The translations under genes were made by a program, and so were the position numbers. Below, one piece after another: positions 1 through 7,751 of a DNA stretch of 33,012 bases. A model generated the notes under the pieces. That model saw nothing but the letters and a program-made list of their open reading frames with translations. It did no database searches and was not told where the DNA came from. Source of the DNA: Anaerolineales bacterium (GTDB lineage: Bacteria; Desulfobacterota; DSM-4660; Desulfatiglandales; Desulfatiglandaceae); NCBI GenBank assembly GCA_048636195.1, contig JAIVXD010000001.1:1-33012 (forward strand), read 5' to 3'. The stretch's first letter is position 1. Each line of letters starts with the position of its first letter.

Positions 1-1
1 A

Positions 2-259
2 GAAAATTTAGAAGAACTCGGATTCCCCAGGGAAAAAAGACCATTTAGAGGGCATCTGACACTTGGCAGAATAAAGGGGAAAATTAATCCCAAAAAACTC
101 CTGGATGCAATGAAAAAGTTTGAAAAATTTGAATCAGAATTATTTATTGCTGATAAGATTTTTTTGTTTAAAAGCGATCTTAAATCAACAGGGTCTGTGT
201 ATACAGAGCTTATGGGAAAACGGTTGAGTGGTAAATTGGTCGAGCAGGGAAATAGGTAG
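2..259 (+). CDS. thpR: 2H-phosphoesterase family (RNA 2',3'-cyclic phosphodiesterase ThpR / LigT), C-terminal fragment; 5' end is outside the window
   Basis: Frame 2 is open from the window edge to TAG at 257-259. The translation ...FRGHLTLGRIKG...IFLFKSDLKSTGSVYTEL has the second H-x-T-x motif (HLTL) and the usual C-terminal pattern of this family. It is absent from the ORF track because no start codon lies in the window. Confidence 0.6.
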   Translation, partial: ENLEELGFPREKRPFRGHLTLGRIKGKINPKKLLDAMKKFEKFESELFIADKIFLFKSDLKSTGSVYTELMGKRLSGKLVEQGNR

Positions 260-260
260 C

Positions 261-387
261 CGTTCACGGCTTGAAACTTGAAATTGGAAAGTAGAAATCT
301 GGGAGAGATTAAAATAGAAATTGGAAATTGGGAAGAACAGTACAAAAGCATGAAGGCCAAATTTCTAATTTCAACGTTCTGTGAACG
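261..387. repeat. ORF-less imperfect inverted repeat with TTGAAA-rich arms, same family as the arms around 17967-18224
   Basis: Left arm 261-287 is cgttcacggcttgaaacttgaaattgg. The reverse complement of right arm 357-387 is cgttcacagaacgttgaaattagaaatttgg. Bases 269-288 (gcttgaaacttgaaattgga) match the reverse complement of 18205-18224 at 19/20 positions. It lies between convergent genes, so it may also act as a bidirectional terminator hairpin. Confidence 0.55.
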
Positions 388-422
388 CTTACATGCATTC
401 TAAATGCAGCGGTAATTTTTTC

Positions 423-662
423 CTACTCAGATCTTATTATCCCGTATTTCTTCATCTTGCTGTAAAGAGTGCCCCGGGCAATCTCCATTTCTTTTGCTGC
501 CTGCTTCAGGTTCCAGTCTGTTTCCTCCAGGACCTTATGTATCATAGTTGCTTCCGCAAGAGTGAGTGATCTGGAAGAGAGTCCGAGAGTAAAGCCCTTT
601 TTTTGAGCGGTTTCCCTCAATTCTTTAGGCAGGTTGGCTGGAATAAGTTCTCTTTGCAGCAA
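423..662 (-). CDS. small stand-alone Fis-type helix-turn-helix DNA-binding protein (79 aa)
   Basis: LTLAEATMIHKVLEETDWNLKQAAKEMEIARGTLYSKMKKYGI is the classic Fis/NtrC C-terminal HTH pattern. The ORF starts 10 nt after the hypE stop on the same strand. Confidence 0.6.
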   Translation of the reverse strand: MLQRELIPANLPKELRETAQKKGFTLGLSSRSLTLAEATMIHKVLEETDWNLKQAAKEMEIARGTLYSKMKKYGIIRSE

Positions 663-672
663 TATTTGTCGG

Positions 673-1701
673 TCAGCAGATCCTGGGAAGTTGTTCTCCT
701 GTGAGCATATCCACGATTCGGGTCCCGCCTATAGTTGTTTTCATAAAGACCTTTCCAGGAGAATCGGCGACGACTTCTCCTATAATGGAGGCATCTTTTC
801 CATATTCATTCGCTTTGATTGCATCCAATGCCTTTTCCGCATGATCCGGCCCCACAAAGGCAAGGAGTTTTCCCTCATTGCCGATGTAGAGGGGATCAAA
901 GCCCAAAAGTTCGCAAATTCCTGAAACTTCCTCCCGGATGGGGATGGCCGCCTCGTATATCTTTATTCCTACCTTTGACTGGGCGGCAATCTCGTTCAGC
1001 GAAGTTCCCACACCCCCACGGGTTGGATCCCTCAGCGTATGGATTTGGCTGCTTGCAGTGATCATTTCTTGCACCATATGGTTTAAGGGGGCAGTATCGC
1101 TCTTGATTGAGGATTCAAAGGTCATCCCTTGCCTTTGAGTCAATATGGTAATGCCGTGGTCGGCAATGGTTCCGCTGATTATAACCTTGTCTCCTGGGCG
1201 TGCATTATGCCCCGAAATATTTATCCCCTCGCGGATGAGCCCGACTCCGGAGGTATTGATAAATATCTTGTCTGCTGCCCCGTTCGGCACCACCTTGGTA
1301 TCTCCGGTGACAATCAGAACATCGGCCTTTATTGCCGTTTCTTTCATTCTTTTGAATATCTTTTTCAAGTCAGCCACGGAAAAGCCCTCTTCGATGATCA
1401 ACGCCGTGCTCAGATAAAGGGGTGTTGACCCGCACATGGCAAGATCATTTACCGTGCCGTTTATGGCAAGGTCTCCGATATTTCCCCCCGGGAAAAAAAT
1501 AGGATCTACCACATAGGTGTCGGTCGAAAAGGCAAGCCGCTTTCCTTCAATATCAAGTATGGCGCCGTCGTCAAGTTGAGCAAGGATCGGATTTTCGAAT
1601 TCAGGGACCAGAAGATCGGCAATCAGGCTGTGAGATGCTTTTCCCCCGCTTCCGTGATCAAGAAGAATCTTTTCTGTTCTCATGGATAAGACCTTTTTCA
1701 T
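673..1701 (-). CDS. hypE: hydrogenase maturation protein HypE (carbamoyl dehydratase, AIR-synthase-like)
   Basis: 342 aa with a PurM-like fold pattern. The C-terminus ends in the HypE signature PRIC. There is a 4-nt overlap with hypD. Confidence 0.95.
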   Translation of the reverse strand: MKKVLSMRTEKILLDHGSGGKASHSLIADLLVPEFENPILAQLDDGAILDIEGKRLAFSTDTYVVDPIFFPGGNIGDLAINGTVNDLAMCGSTPLYLSTALIIEEGFSVADLKKIFKRMKETAIKADVLIVTGDTKVVPNGAADKIFINTSGVGLIREGINISGHNARPGDKVIISGTIADHGITILTQRQGMTFESSIKSDTAPLNHMVQEMITASSQIHTLRDPTRGGVGTSLNEIAAQSKVGIKIYEAAIPIREEVSGICELLGFDPLYIGNEGKLLAFVGPDHAEKALDAIKANEYGKDASIIGEVVADSPGKVFMKTTIGGTRIVDMLTGEQLPRIC

Positions 1702-2786
1702 GTATGATACTTATAATAGGCTGCGCATGTGCCTTCGGTTGACACCATGCATGGGCCTACGGGATGATCAGGCGCGCAGACCTTTTTATAAAGGGAGCAC
1801 TCCGGCGGGATCTTTAGTCCCAGAAGTATCTTGCCGCAGGCGCATCCTTTCGGCTCTTTTGAGTCAGGGACAGTAAGATCAAACCTTTTTTTTGCGTTAA
1901 AGGAATCAAATTCCTTTCTAAGCTTCAGCCCGCTTTTCGGGATTATCCCGATGCCGCGCCAGGGAGCATCTGCCAGCTCAAAGACCTGATACATGATTTG
2001 TCGCGCTTTTTTGTTCCCTTCAAAAGTTACTGCCCGGCGGTATCTGTTTTCGAGTTTCGCCTCTCCGGCCTCAAGTTGTTTTACCAGCATATAAACGGTC
2101 TGCAGGATATCTGTTGATTCAAAGCCGGAAACCACACAAGGGATATGGTACTTTTCAACCACCGGAAGATAGGCGTTGCTTCCTATAATTACGGAAACAT
2201 GACCTGGGCAGATAAGGCCGTCGATTCTGACATTCTCTGTTTCCATGAGGGTAGTCAGAGCTGGCGGGACCAGCTTGTGAGCGCAAAGCACGGAAAAGTT
2301 TTTTAGTTTTCTCTTTTTTGCTTCCAGTAATGAGGCGGCAATTGTGGGAGCGGTGGTTTCAAATCCTACGCCGAGAAAGACCACCTCTTTTTGATGATTT
2401 TTCTGCGCAAGATCAAGTGCGTCAAATGCCGAATAAACAATCCTGACATCCTTTCCTTGGGCTCGTTCTTTTTGCAGTGAAGAATGGGTGCCCGGGACTT
2501 TCATAAGGTCTCCAAAAGTGACTACTATGACATCTTTTATTCCGGCCAGTTTGATAAAAGCGTCGATTTCTTTTTGAGCGGTCACGCATACAGGACAACC
2601 CGGCCCGGAAAGGAGCGTAATGGTTTCCGGCAGGAGTGCACGGATTCCGCTTTGAAAAATGGCCATGGTATGGGTCCCGCACACCTCCATCAAGCGGACT
2701 TTTTTCCGGCTCAGCTTTTTTATACTGTCAACTATTTTTTGGGAAATTTTCGGATCCCTGTATTCTTCCATGTGTTTGATAGGCAT
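1698..2786 (-). CDS. hypD: hydrogenase maturation protein HypD
   Basis: Contains the HypD motifs GPGCPVCV, GFETT and CPGHVS in 362 aa. Confidence 0.95.
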   Translation of the reverse strand: MPIKHMEEYRDPKISQKIVDSIKKLSRKKVRLMEVCGTHTMAIFQSGIRALLPETITLLSGPGCPVCVTAQKEIDAFIKLAGIKDVIVVTFGDLMKVPGTHSSLQKERAQGKDVRIVYSAFDALDLAQKNHQKEVVFLGVGFETTAPTIAASLLEAKKRKLKNFSVLCAHKLVPPALTTLMETENVRIDGLICPGHVSVIIGSNAYLPVVEKYHIPCVVSGFESTDILQTVYMLVKQLEAGEAKLENRYRRAVTFEGNKKARQIMYQVFELADAPWRGIGIIPKSGLKLRKEFDSFNAKKRFDLTVPDSKEPKGCACGKILLGLKIPPECSLYKKVCAPDHPVGPCMVSTEGTCAAYYKYHT

Positions 2787-2803
2787 TTTATTTAAATCCG
2801 TTA

Positions 2804-3295
2804 TTAGTCCAAAGCCTGGAAGAAAAAAGAAAACTCGGGGAATTGTTGAAGAATCTTTGTGATCTTATCCATTGCATTCCTTGCAGCTATCAGCGCTTTA
2901 CCGGAAATGACCTCGCCGATAGAAAAGTCATAGCCTTTTGGCATCACCGCATAGCATGGCGGCGCGGCTCCGTACCAATCAAGAGCAATACGCAAGAGCA
3001 CAGGCATACTAATAGTGTGAGAGGTATGGAGTGGCGTCACCGGGCCTGCCACAGGTTCGATGCGCTCAATTTTGACCAACGCTTCGCTGTCATCTACCCT
3101 GGCATCCACAAAAATTACCAGGTCAGCTTCGCTCATCCGGGAAGCCAAAATCACGTCAAGCTGCGGAAGAGACATAATACGGAGATCCACTCCATCCGAC
3201 CCAGTAATATCCTGAAGGCATTCTGCGATATAAGAACCTAACCCATCGTCTCCTCTTAACGTATTACCACAACAGATTATAATGAGCTTCTTCAC
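2804..3295 (-). CDS. [NiFe] hydrogenase maturation endopeptidase (HybD/HycI/FrhD family)
   Basis: GNTLRGDDGLG motif, metal-ligand Asp (FVDARVDD) and His (LHTSHT). The track ORF extends to ATG 3349. I prefer GTG at 3295, which overlaps the upstream ORF stop as GTGA and places VKKLIIICCGN at the N-terminus as is usual for this family. Confidence 0.85.
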   Translation of the reverse strand: MKKLIIICCGNTLRGDDGLGSYIAECLQDITGSDGVDLRIMSLPQLDVILASRMSEADLVIFVDARVDDSEALVKIERIEPVAGPVTPLHTSHTISMPVLLRIALDWYGAAPPCYAVMPKGYDFSIGEVISGKALIAARNAMDKITKILQQFPEFSFFFQALD

Positions 3296-3534
3296 TTCAA
3301 TGCGCTCAGCCACGCCCGTTTTTGTTTGGCTGTTTGTGCTACACCCCACATGCCCTTTACTTTTGGATCGGAACAGATAGACTCTACCATCAGCTTGAGC
3401 TTTTCCTGCTCGGTCTTTCCTCCCCTTCCCGCAGATATCGCCTTTGTAATAAGCACATTTGAAGTAATTTTTCCAAAAATATCGACCAATTTGGGCTTGA
3501 TAATCGTATCTCTGACTGACTTTGCGCCATTCAT
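3292..3534 (-). CDS. hypothetical 80-aa protein between the hydrogenase large subunit and its protease
   Basis: It starts 4 nt after the large-subunit stop and ends in a GTGA overlap with the protease start. I recognise no motif. Coding status rests on this operon-style packing only. Confidence 0.45.
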   Translation of the reverse strand: MNGAKSVRDTIIKPKLVDIFGKITSNVLITKAISAGRGGKTEQEKLKLMVESICSDPKVKGMWGVAQTAKQKRAWLSALK

Positions 3535-3538
3535 AATA

Positions 3539-4963
3539 TCACGCCATCCTTTCTGCTACATCGACTATTCTACCGTCTGCCGCCAGCAACTCAATTACAA
3601 GCGGCATTTGTCCGATGGCGTGCGTTGCGCAGGAAAGACACGGATCATAGCAGCGAATAGCCATCTCCACCATATTCAGGGCTCCTTCCTCAATTTTGCC
3701 ACCCCTGACGAATTCCCTGGCTACCTCATTGACACTCATATCCATGGCCGGGTTATTTTGAACCGTAGCGACGATGAGGTTGGCCTTCTCAATCTTGCCG
3801 CTGTCGTTTGCCCAGTAGTGGTGGATCAGGGTTCCCCTAGGAGCCTCTATGACCCCCACACCCTCACCGGCTTTACGTTCCACTTTGACGCGCACATCCT
3901 TACTGACCACGTCGTCATCGTCTATTAGCTCACGTGCGCGTTCTGCCGCATAGAGCAACTCAATAAGTCTGGCGTAATGGTAGTATAAGGTTTCATGCAC
4001 AGGTTTGCCGTTGCCCAGTTGTTTGAAAGCGGCAAGTTCTTTGTTGGCAAGCTCAGTGCTGATGGCATCTGCAACGTTCAACCTGCCGAGAGGAGCAACC
4101 CGATAAACACCTTCCGGAAAGCCCTGTTTCTTATAGAAAGGAAACTTCAGGTAAGACCAGTCTTCTACATGTTCGCCCAGGTAGTCGGGGTAGCTTTTGG
4201 GATCAAATTCCTCCAGAGTATTGCCTGTCTCGTCAATAATACGCAATGTGCCGTCGTACAATTCAAGGTTGCCGTTTTTTACCAGTCCCATATAGTTTGT
4301 TTTGATTACAGCAAACCTGGGTATAAGGTCGGCATATTTTTCGTTCAACTCTTTTCCGACTTGAACGCTAAGTTGCGCCAGTTCGATAGCTTCGCCAATC
4401 TCCTTGCCCGTGATGAACCGATCCTCGTGGGACATGGACTTGCTCATGCCTCCAGGGATGGCCGTTACCGGATGTATGGGCCTTCCTCCCACCCGCTCGA
4501 CGATATTCTGACCGATCTGTCGCAGACGGATTGCCTTCCTGGCAAGTTCAGGGTCGGCCTTAATCATCCCGACGATATTTCGCTTTGCCGGATCAGACGA
4601 AGGCCCGAGCAGAAAGTCAGGCGCTGCCAGATAAAAGAAATGGAGTGAGTGTGAATTAATCATCTGTCCCATGTGCATCAATTCACGCAACTTTTTTGCG
4701 GCCGGGGGGATATCTACATCAAGAACATCGTCGCAGGCTTTTACCGAGGCAAGGTGATGGCTGACAGGGCAGATGCCGCAGATACGTGTGGTAATAACCG
4801 GCATCTCGGACATCAATCTCCCCTCGCAAAATTTCTCAAAACCCCTGAACTCCAGCACGTGAAAATGGGATTCTACTACCTCGTTGTTGTCGTCCAGGTG
4901 TATGGTAACCTTTCCGTGTCCTTCGACCCGTGAAACAGGGCAAATCGTGATTGTTTTGCTCAT
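3539..4963 (-). CDS. mvhA: [NiFe] hydrogenase large subunit, MvhA/VhuA-like (cytoplasmic group 3 type)
   Basis: RVEGHG and [10 protein letters not shown] lie near the N-terminus. The C-terminal DPCLSCATH is followed by a 26-aa extension (AIGQMPLV...ERMA), the expected protease substrate. Confidence 0.92.
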   Translation of the reverse strand: MSKTITICPVSRVEGHGKVTIHLDDNNEVVESHFHVLEFRGFEKFCEGRLMSEMPVITTRICGICPVSHHLASVKACDDVLDVDIPPAAKKLRELMHMGQMINSHSLHFFYLAAPDFLLGPSSDPAKRNIVGMIKADPELARKAIRLRQIGQNIVERVGGRPIHPVTAIPGGMSKSMSHEDRFITGKEIGEAIELAQLSVQVGKELNEKYADLIPRFAVIKTNYMGLVKNGNLELYDGTLRIIDETGNTLEEFDPKSYPDYLGEHVEDWSYLKFPFYKKQGFPEGVYRVAPLGRLNVADAISTELANKELAAFKQLGNGKPVHETLYYHYARLIELLYAAERARELIDDDDVVSKDVRVKVERKAGEGVGVIEAPRGTLIHHYWANDSGKIEKANLIVATVQNNPAMDMSVNEVAREFVRGGKIEEGALNMVEMAIRCYDPCLSCATHAIGQMPLVIELLAADGRIVDVAERMA

Positions 4964-5874
4964 TATTTTTCCCTCCCTTCTTTAGCAAGATGGGGATAGA
5001 TTGAGACCGGCATGGAATAGCGATATCCGACGCCGACTATATCTTCTTGAAACATCAACTCCCCTGCTGGCAGAATTGACGACAGCGCATTTACAATCTT
5101 AGCTCCCTGTTCAAGAGCGCCCGGCGTTGGCCCCATGCAGCCACGGCACGGCATGTTGCTTTTTAAGCACTTTGCGCCACATCCCTCACGGGTGGCCGGT
5201 CCCATGCAAAGCACACCTTGTTCCAGAAAACACAGGTCAGGGTCAATGTGATCAAGCTCATGCGGAGAGAGAACCCCGTCGGTCACGAAATCCCTTGATG
5301 CCACGAGCATCTTGTCCTTCTTGCGGTCGCACTCCTCACACAGATTGCGTAGCTTTACCTCCGGAGTCCTCCCTTCAACGAGCGCAACGAGTGTATTCTT
5401 AATCGCTGAGGGAAGCGGCGGACACCCCGGTATGTAGTAATCGACTTTAACGACCTGGTTAAGAGGCATGACGTATTCCTTGAGTGGTGGGATTTCGAGC
5501 CCGGAAGGAATTTTCCCATCTACAGTGCTTTCGGTGTCAACATAGGCGCGCTTCAGAACATCCTCACGCATGAATAGGTTCCTAAACCCGGTTATTCCCC
5601 CAAAACAGGCGCAAGTACCAAGGGCAATAATAGTCTTTGCCTTTTCACGAAACGTTTTCAGGATTTCTTCGTTGTCTTCATTGGCCACGGCGCCCTCTAC
5701 AAGCCCTATATCGACATCAGGAACATCTTTGATGTCCATTATGGTAGAATACCTTATGTCTATCAGTTCCAGCAAGTCGAAAAGCTCCATGTGCAAATCA
5801 AGCAGAGCAATATGGCAGCCAGAACAGCCCTGTAACCACGTGGTGGCAACGGTAACTTTTTCAGTCATTTTCAC
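4963..5874 (-). CDS. mvhG: [NiFe] hydrogenase small subunit, MvhG-like, no Tat signal
   Basis: CSGCHIALLD near the N-terminus, then GTCACFGG, YIPGCPP and a Cys-rich C-terminus (CMGPATREGCGAKC...CRGCMGP). The absence of a twin-arginine leader implies a cytoplasmic enzyme. Confidence 0.9.
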   Translation of the reverse strand: MKMTEKVTVATTWLQGCSGCHIALLDLHMELFDLLELIDIRYSTIMDIKDVPDVDIGLVEGAVANEDNEEILKTFREKAKTIIALGTCACFGGITGFRNLFMREDVLKRAYVDTESTVDGKIPSGLEIPPLKEYVMPLNQVVKVDYYIPGCPPLPSAIKNTLVALVEGRTPEVKLRNLCEECDRKKDKMLVASRDFVTDGVLSPHELDHIDPDLCFLEQGVLCMGPATREGCGAKCLKSNMPCRGCMGPTPGALEQGAKIVNALSSILPAGELMFQEDIVGVGYRYSMPVSIYPHLAKEGREK

Positions 5875-5877
5875 TAC

Positions 5878-7491
5878 CTATCTCCCTTTTTCAGCATTCA
5901 TCAATTTAAGTTCTTTGCAAAAGGATTTGATCTCTTCGCTGAACAGCTTTCCCTCATGAGGTGACACATGTATTATCCGCAATCTTTCATCATTGATGTT
6001 TCTCGACCGCAATACCTCACGAAAAAGCCCAATCCGTCGTTCCATATCGGTATTTCCCACAAGATGATGGCAGTGCCCGTCCCTGCAGATCGATAAAGCC
6101 ACTCCATCAAATTCTTTGCTAAATGCCTCAAGGATATACTGGGTGTCAATGCTGCCGCCACACTCCACCCGGACAGGCAGCACATTAGTAGAATACCCTC
6201 CTCCTATTATCTGAGTCGAGAGTTCTCCTGCCATGTCTGCCGCCGGATAGCCACAACCATTACAGAGGATAGCCAGAACCTTTGGCTCAGAATCGTCAGA
6301 GACCCCCTGGCTCAGAATGTCAATCGCCTTGACAACATATTTCTCTGGAAAACTCACAAGGTTCCGGGCGCCCGTGGGACAGGCAACCACACAGTTCCCG
6401 CACCCCTTGCATCTTTTCGGATCAATAACAGAGACCTTTCGGATCGGATCAATGCTCGATGCTCCAAACGCGCAGGTCTTCACACATGTGCCGCAACCGC
6501 CGCACACGTTTTCATCCACCTCTGATACCAGTATCGGATGTTTTATCTCATTTTTGTCAAGGATAGTTGTAAGTAAAAGTACTGCAGTGCTGGCACTGAT
6601 GGTTTCACGCGCAAAACGGTCATCACCTTTTCCAAACGGAACAAACCAGATCCCGGGGTCTCCTGTCCGACCCAAAAGAGTTGTCTTTTGCTTACCCCTG
6701 AGGAGCCCATTACGGTCTGTGTCAAATTGCATCTTTGGCTTTAGATCTTTGATCCACTCTGTATCATCACCAACGCTGAGAACAATCCCTCCGACGACAA
6801 TCTCCTCCTTTCCGGCGCTATTAGTCAGCACAACCCTGTAGTCACCGCACCATCCGGAAACGTCCGCCACATCGGTTTCAAAAAGGATTGTCGCCTTGTC
6901 ATCTGACTCCACAGCGGTCAAGCTGGGCAACATATCCTCATCCATCGCAGCATGCTTGCGAACGGAAAGTTCCTTTTCCACAACATATACCCTGTAACCT
7001 TTTGCCAAGAGCTCACTTGCGGCAACAATGCCGCCCGGAGTGGTGCCGACCACCAGTACCGAGCGCCTGGGCGAAACAGCTATTGATGTGATATTATGGC
7101 ATATTTCAACCTTGGCCAAAGCCACATCAATGAGAAGCCGTGCTTTTTTTGTTGCCTTCCCATTTTCGCCTTTGTGAGGGAGGGCCACCTGCTCCCTGAT
7201 ATTGGCAAAGGCGATCTTGTTTTTATTGACACCCCGGTCTTGCAGGGTCTTCAGTATCAGGTCGCCGCTCAATACCCTCTCAAAATACTTTGGAGAGTTG
7301 CCTGCAAAAACAATGGCGTCCAGCCTATCTTTATCCACGGTCTTCAGGATGTCCTGCTGATCCTCATACCTGAAGAAATTGTCGTACACCTTGCAAGCAG
7401 GGAGATAGGAATATTCCCTTGCCAGCAGATCGACGTCCACCGTTTCCGAGATTGTCCCGTCATCAAGGGACAGGAAGAGCCCTGTTCGCAT
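5878..7491 (-). CDS. HdrA-like flavoprotein / 2x[4Fe-4S] ferredoxin fused to a C-terminal MvhD domain
   Basis: The C-terminus KVLAILCNGCGYPAADMAG...VECGGSID...CRDGHCHH is MvhD-like. The centre has CGGCGTCVKTCAFGA and CKGCGNCVVACPTGA. A dinucleotide-fold-like stretch reads VLVVGTTPGGIVAASELLAKGYRVYVVEK. GGAGG lies 8 nt upstream of the ATG at 7491. Confidence 0.8.
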   Translation of the reverse strand: MRTGLFLSLDDGTISETVDVDLLAREYSYLPACKVYDNFFRYEDQQDILKTVDKDRLDAIVFAGNSPKYFERVLSGDLILKTLQDRGVNKNKIAFANIREQVALPHKGENGKATKKARLLIDVALAKVEICHNITSIAVSPRRSVLVVGTTPGGIVAASELLAKGYRVYVVEKELSVRKHAAMDEDMLPSLTAVESDDKATILFETDVADVSGWCGDYRVVLTNSAGKEEIVVGGIVLSVGDDTEWIKDLKPKMQFDTDRNGLLRGKQKTTLLGRTGDPGIWFVPFGKGDDRFARETISASTAVLLLTTILDKNEIKHPILVSEVDENVCGGCGTCVKTCAFGASSIDPIRKVSVIDPKRCKGCGNCVVACPTGARNLVSFPEKYVVKAIDILSQGVSDDSEPKVLAILCNGCGYPAADMAGELSTQIIGGGYSTNVLPVRVECGGSIDTQYILEAFSKEFDGVALSICRDGHCHHLVGNTDMERRIGLFREVLRSRNINDERLRIIHVSPHEGKLFSEEIKSFCKELKLMNAEKGR

Positions 7492-7514
7492 TGCGCATAC
7501 CTCCTTTCTTGAAT

Positions 7515-7550
7515 TCAGCCCGCTCCATCTGCTGTTGGTGGACGGGCTGA
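7515..7550 (-). promoter_or_regulatory. stem-loop in the predicted 5' leader of the HdrA-like/mvh genes
   Basis: tcagcccg (7515-7522) pairs with cgggctga (7543-7550) in an 8-bp perfect stem, with further partial pairing inside. It sits about 15 nt upstream of the RBS. Function is unknown. Confidence 0.35.
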
Positions 7551-7599
7551 GTTGAAAGCCTGTAACTTCTGGAATTCTGCCGACATTTTTTAGTTAAAA

Positions 7600-7628
7600 A
7601 GTTTAGCTTAAGCAATCTTGGGTGTCAA
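7600..7628 (-). promoter_or_regulatory. candidate sigma70-type promoter for the HdrA-like/mvhGA unit
   Basis: On the minus strand this reads TTGACA (7628-7623), a 17-nt spacer, then TAAACT (7605-7600), inside the 260-nt hypF to hdrA-like gap. This is a sequence match only. Confidence 0.3.
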
Positions 7629-7751
7629 TTGAAAACAAAGCACAAAATAAAAATACAGACCCTTTAACGGCATCCTTACATATAGGCCAAAAAGTAGTTT
7701 ACACTTTTTTAAAAAACAAGTTCCCGGCTTGCAGCTTTGTCGGCTCTGACG

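Noticed and set aside
2-259. ThpR/LigT 2',3'-cyclic phosphodiesterase as a type III CRISPR-linked enzyme acting on cyclic phosphate RNA ends.
   Set aside because: It lies 23 kb away, separated by two unrelated operons, and it is a common housekeeping-type gene. Nothing supports a functional link.
3326-3928. Long antisense ORFs in the six-frame track. Examples: 3326-3928, 3995-4648, 6317-6841, 8580-9089, 9306-9818, 12802-13239, 15123-15947, 19821-20405, 28445-29002.
   Set aside because: Each lies entirely opposite a gene with strong family motifs. They have low-complexity or Ser/Pro/Cys-rich translations, no RBS and no recognisable motif. These are typical shadow ORFs.
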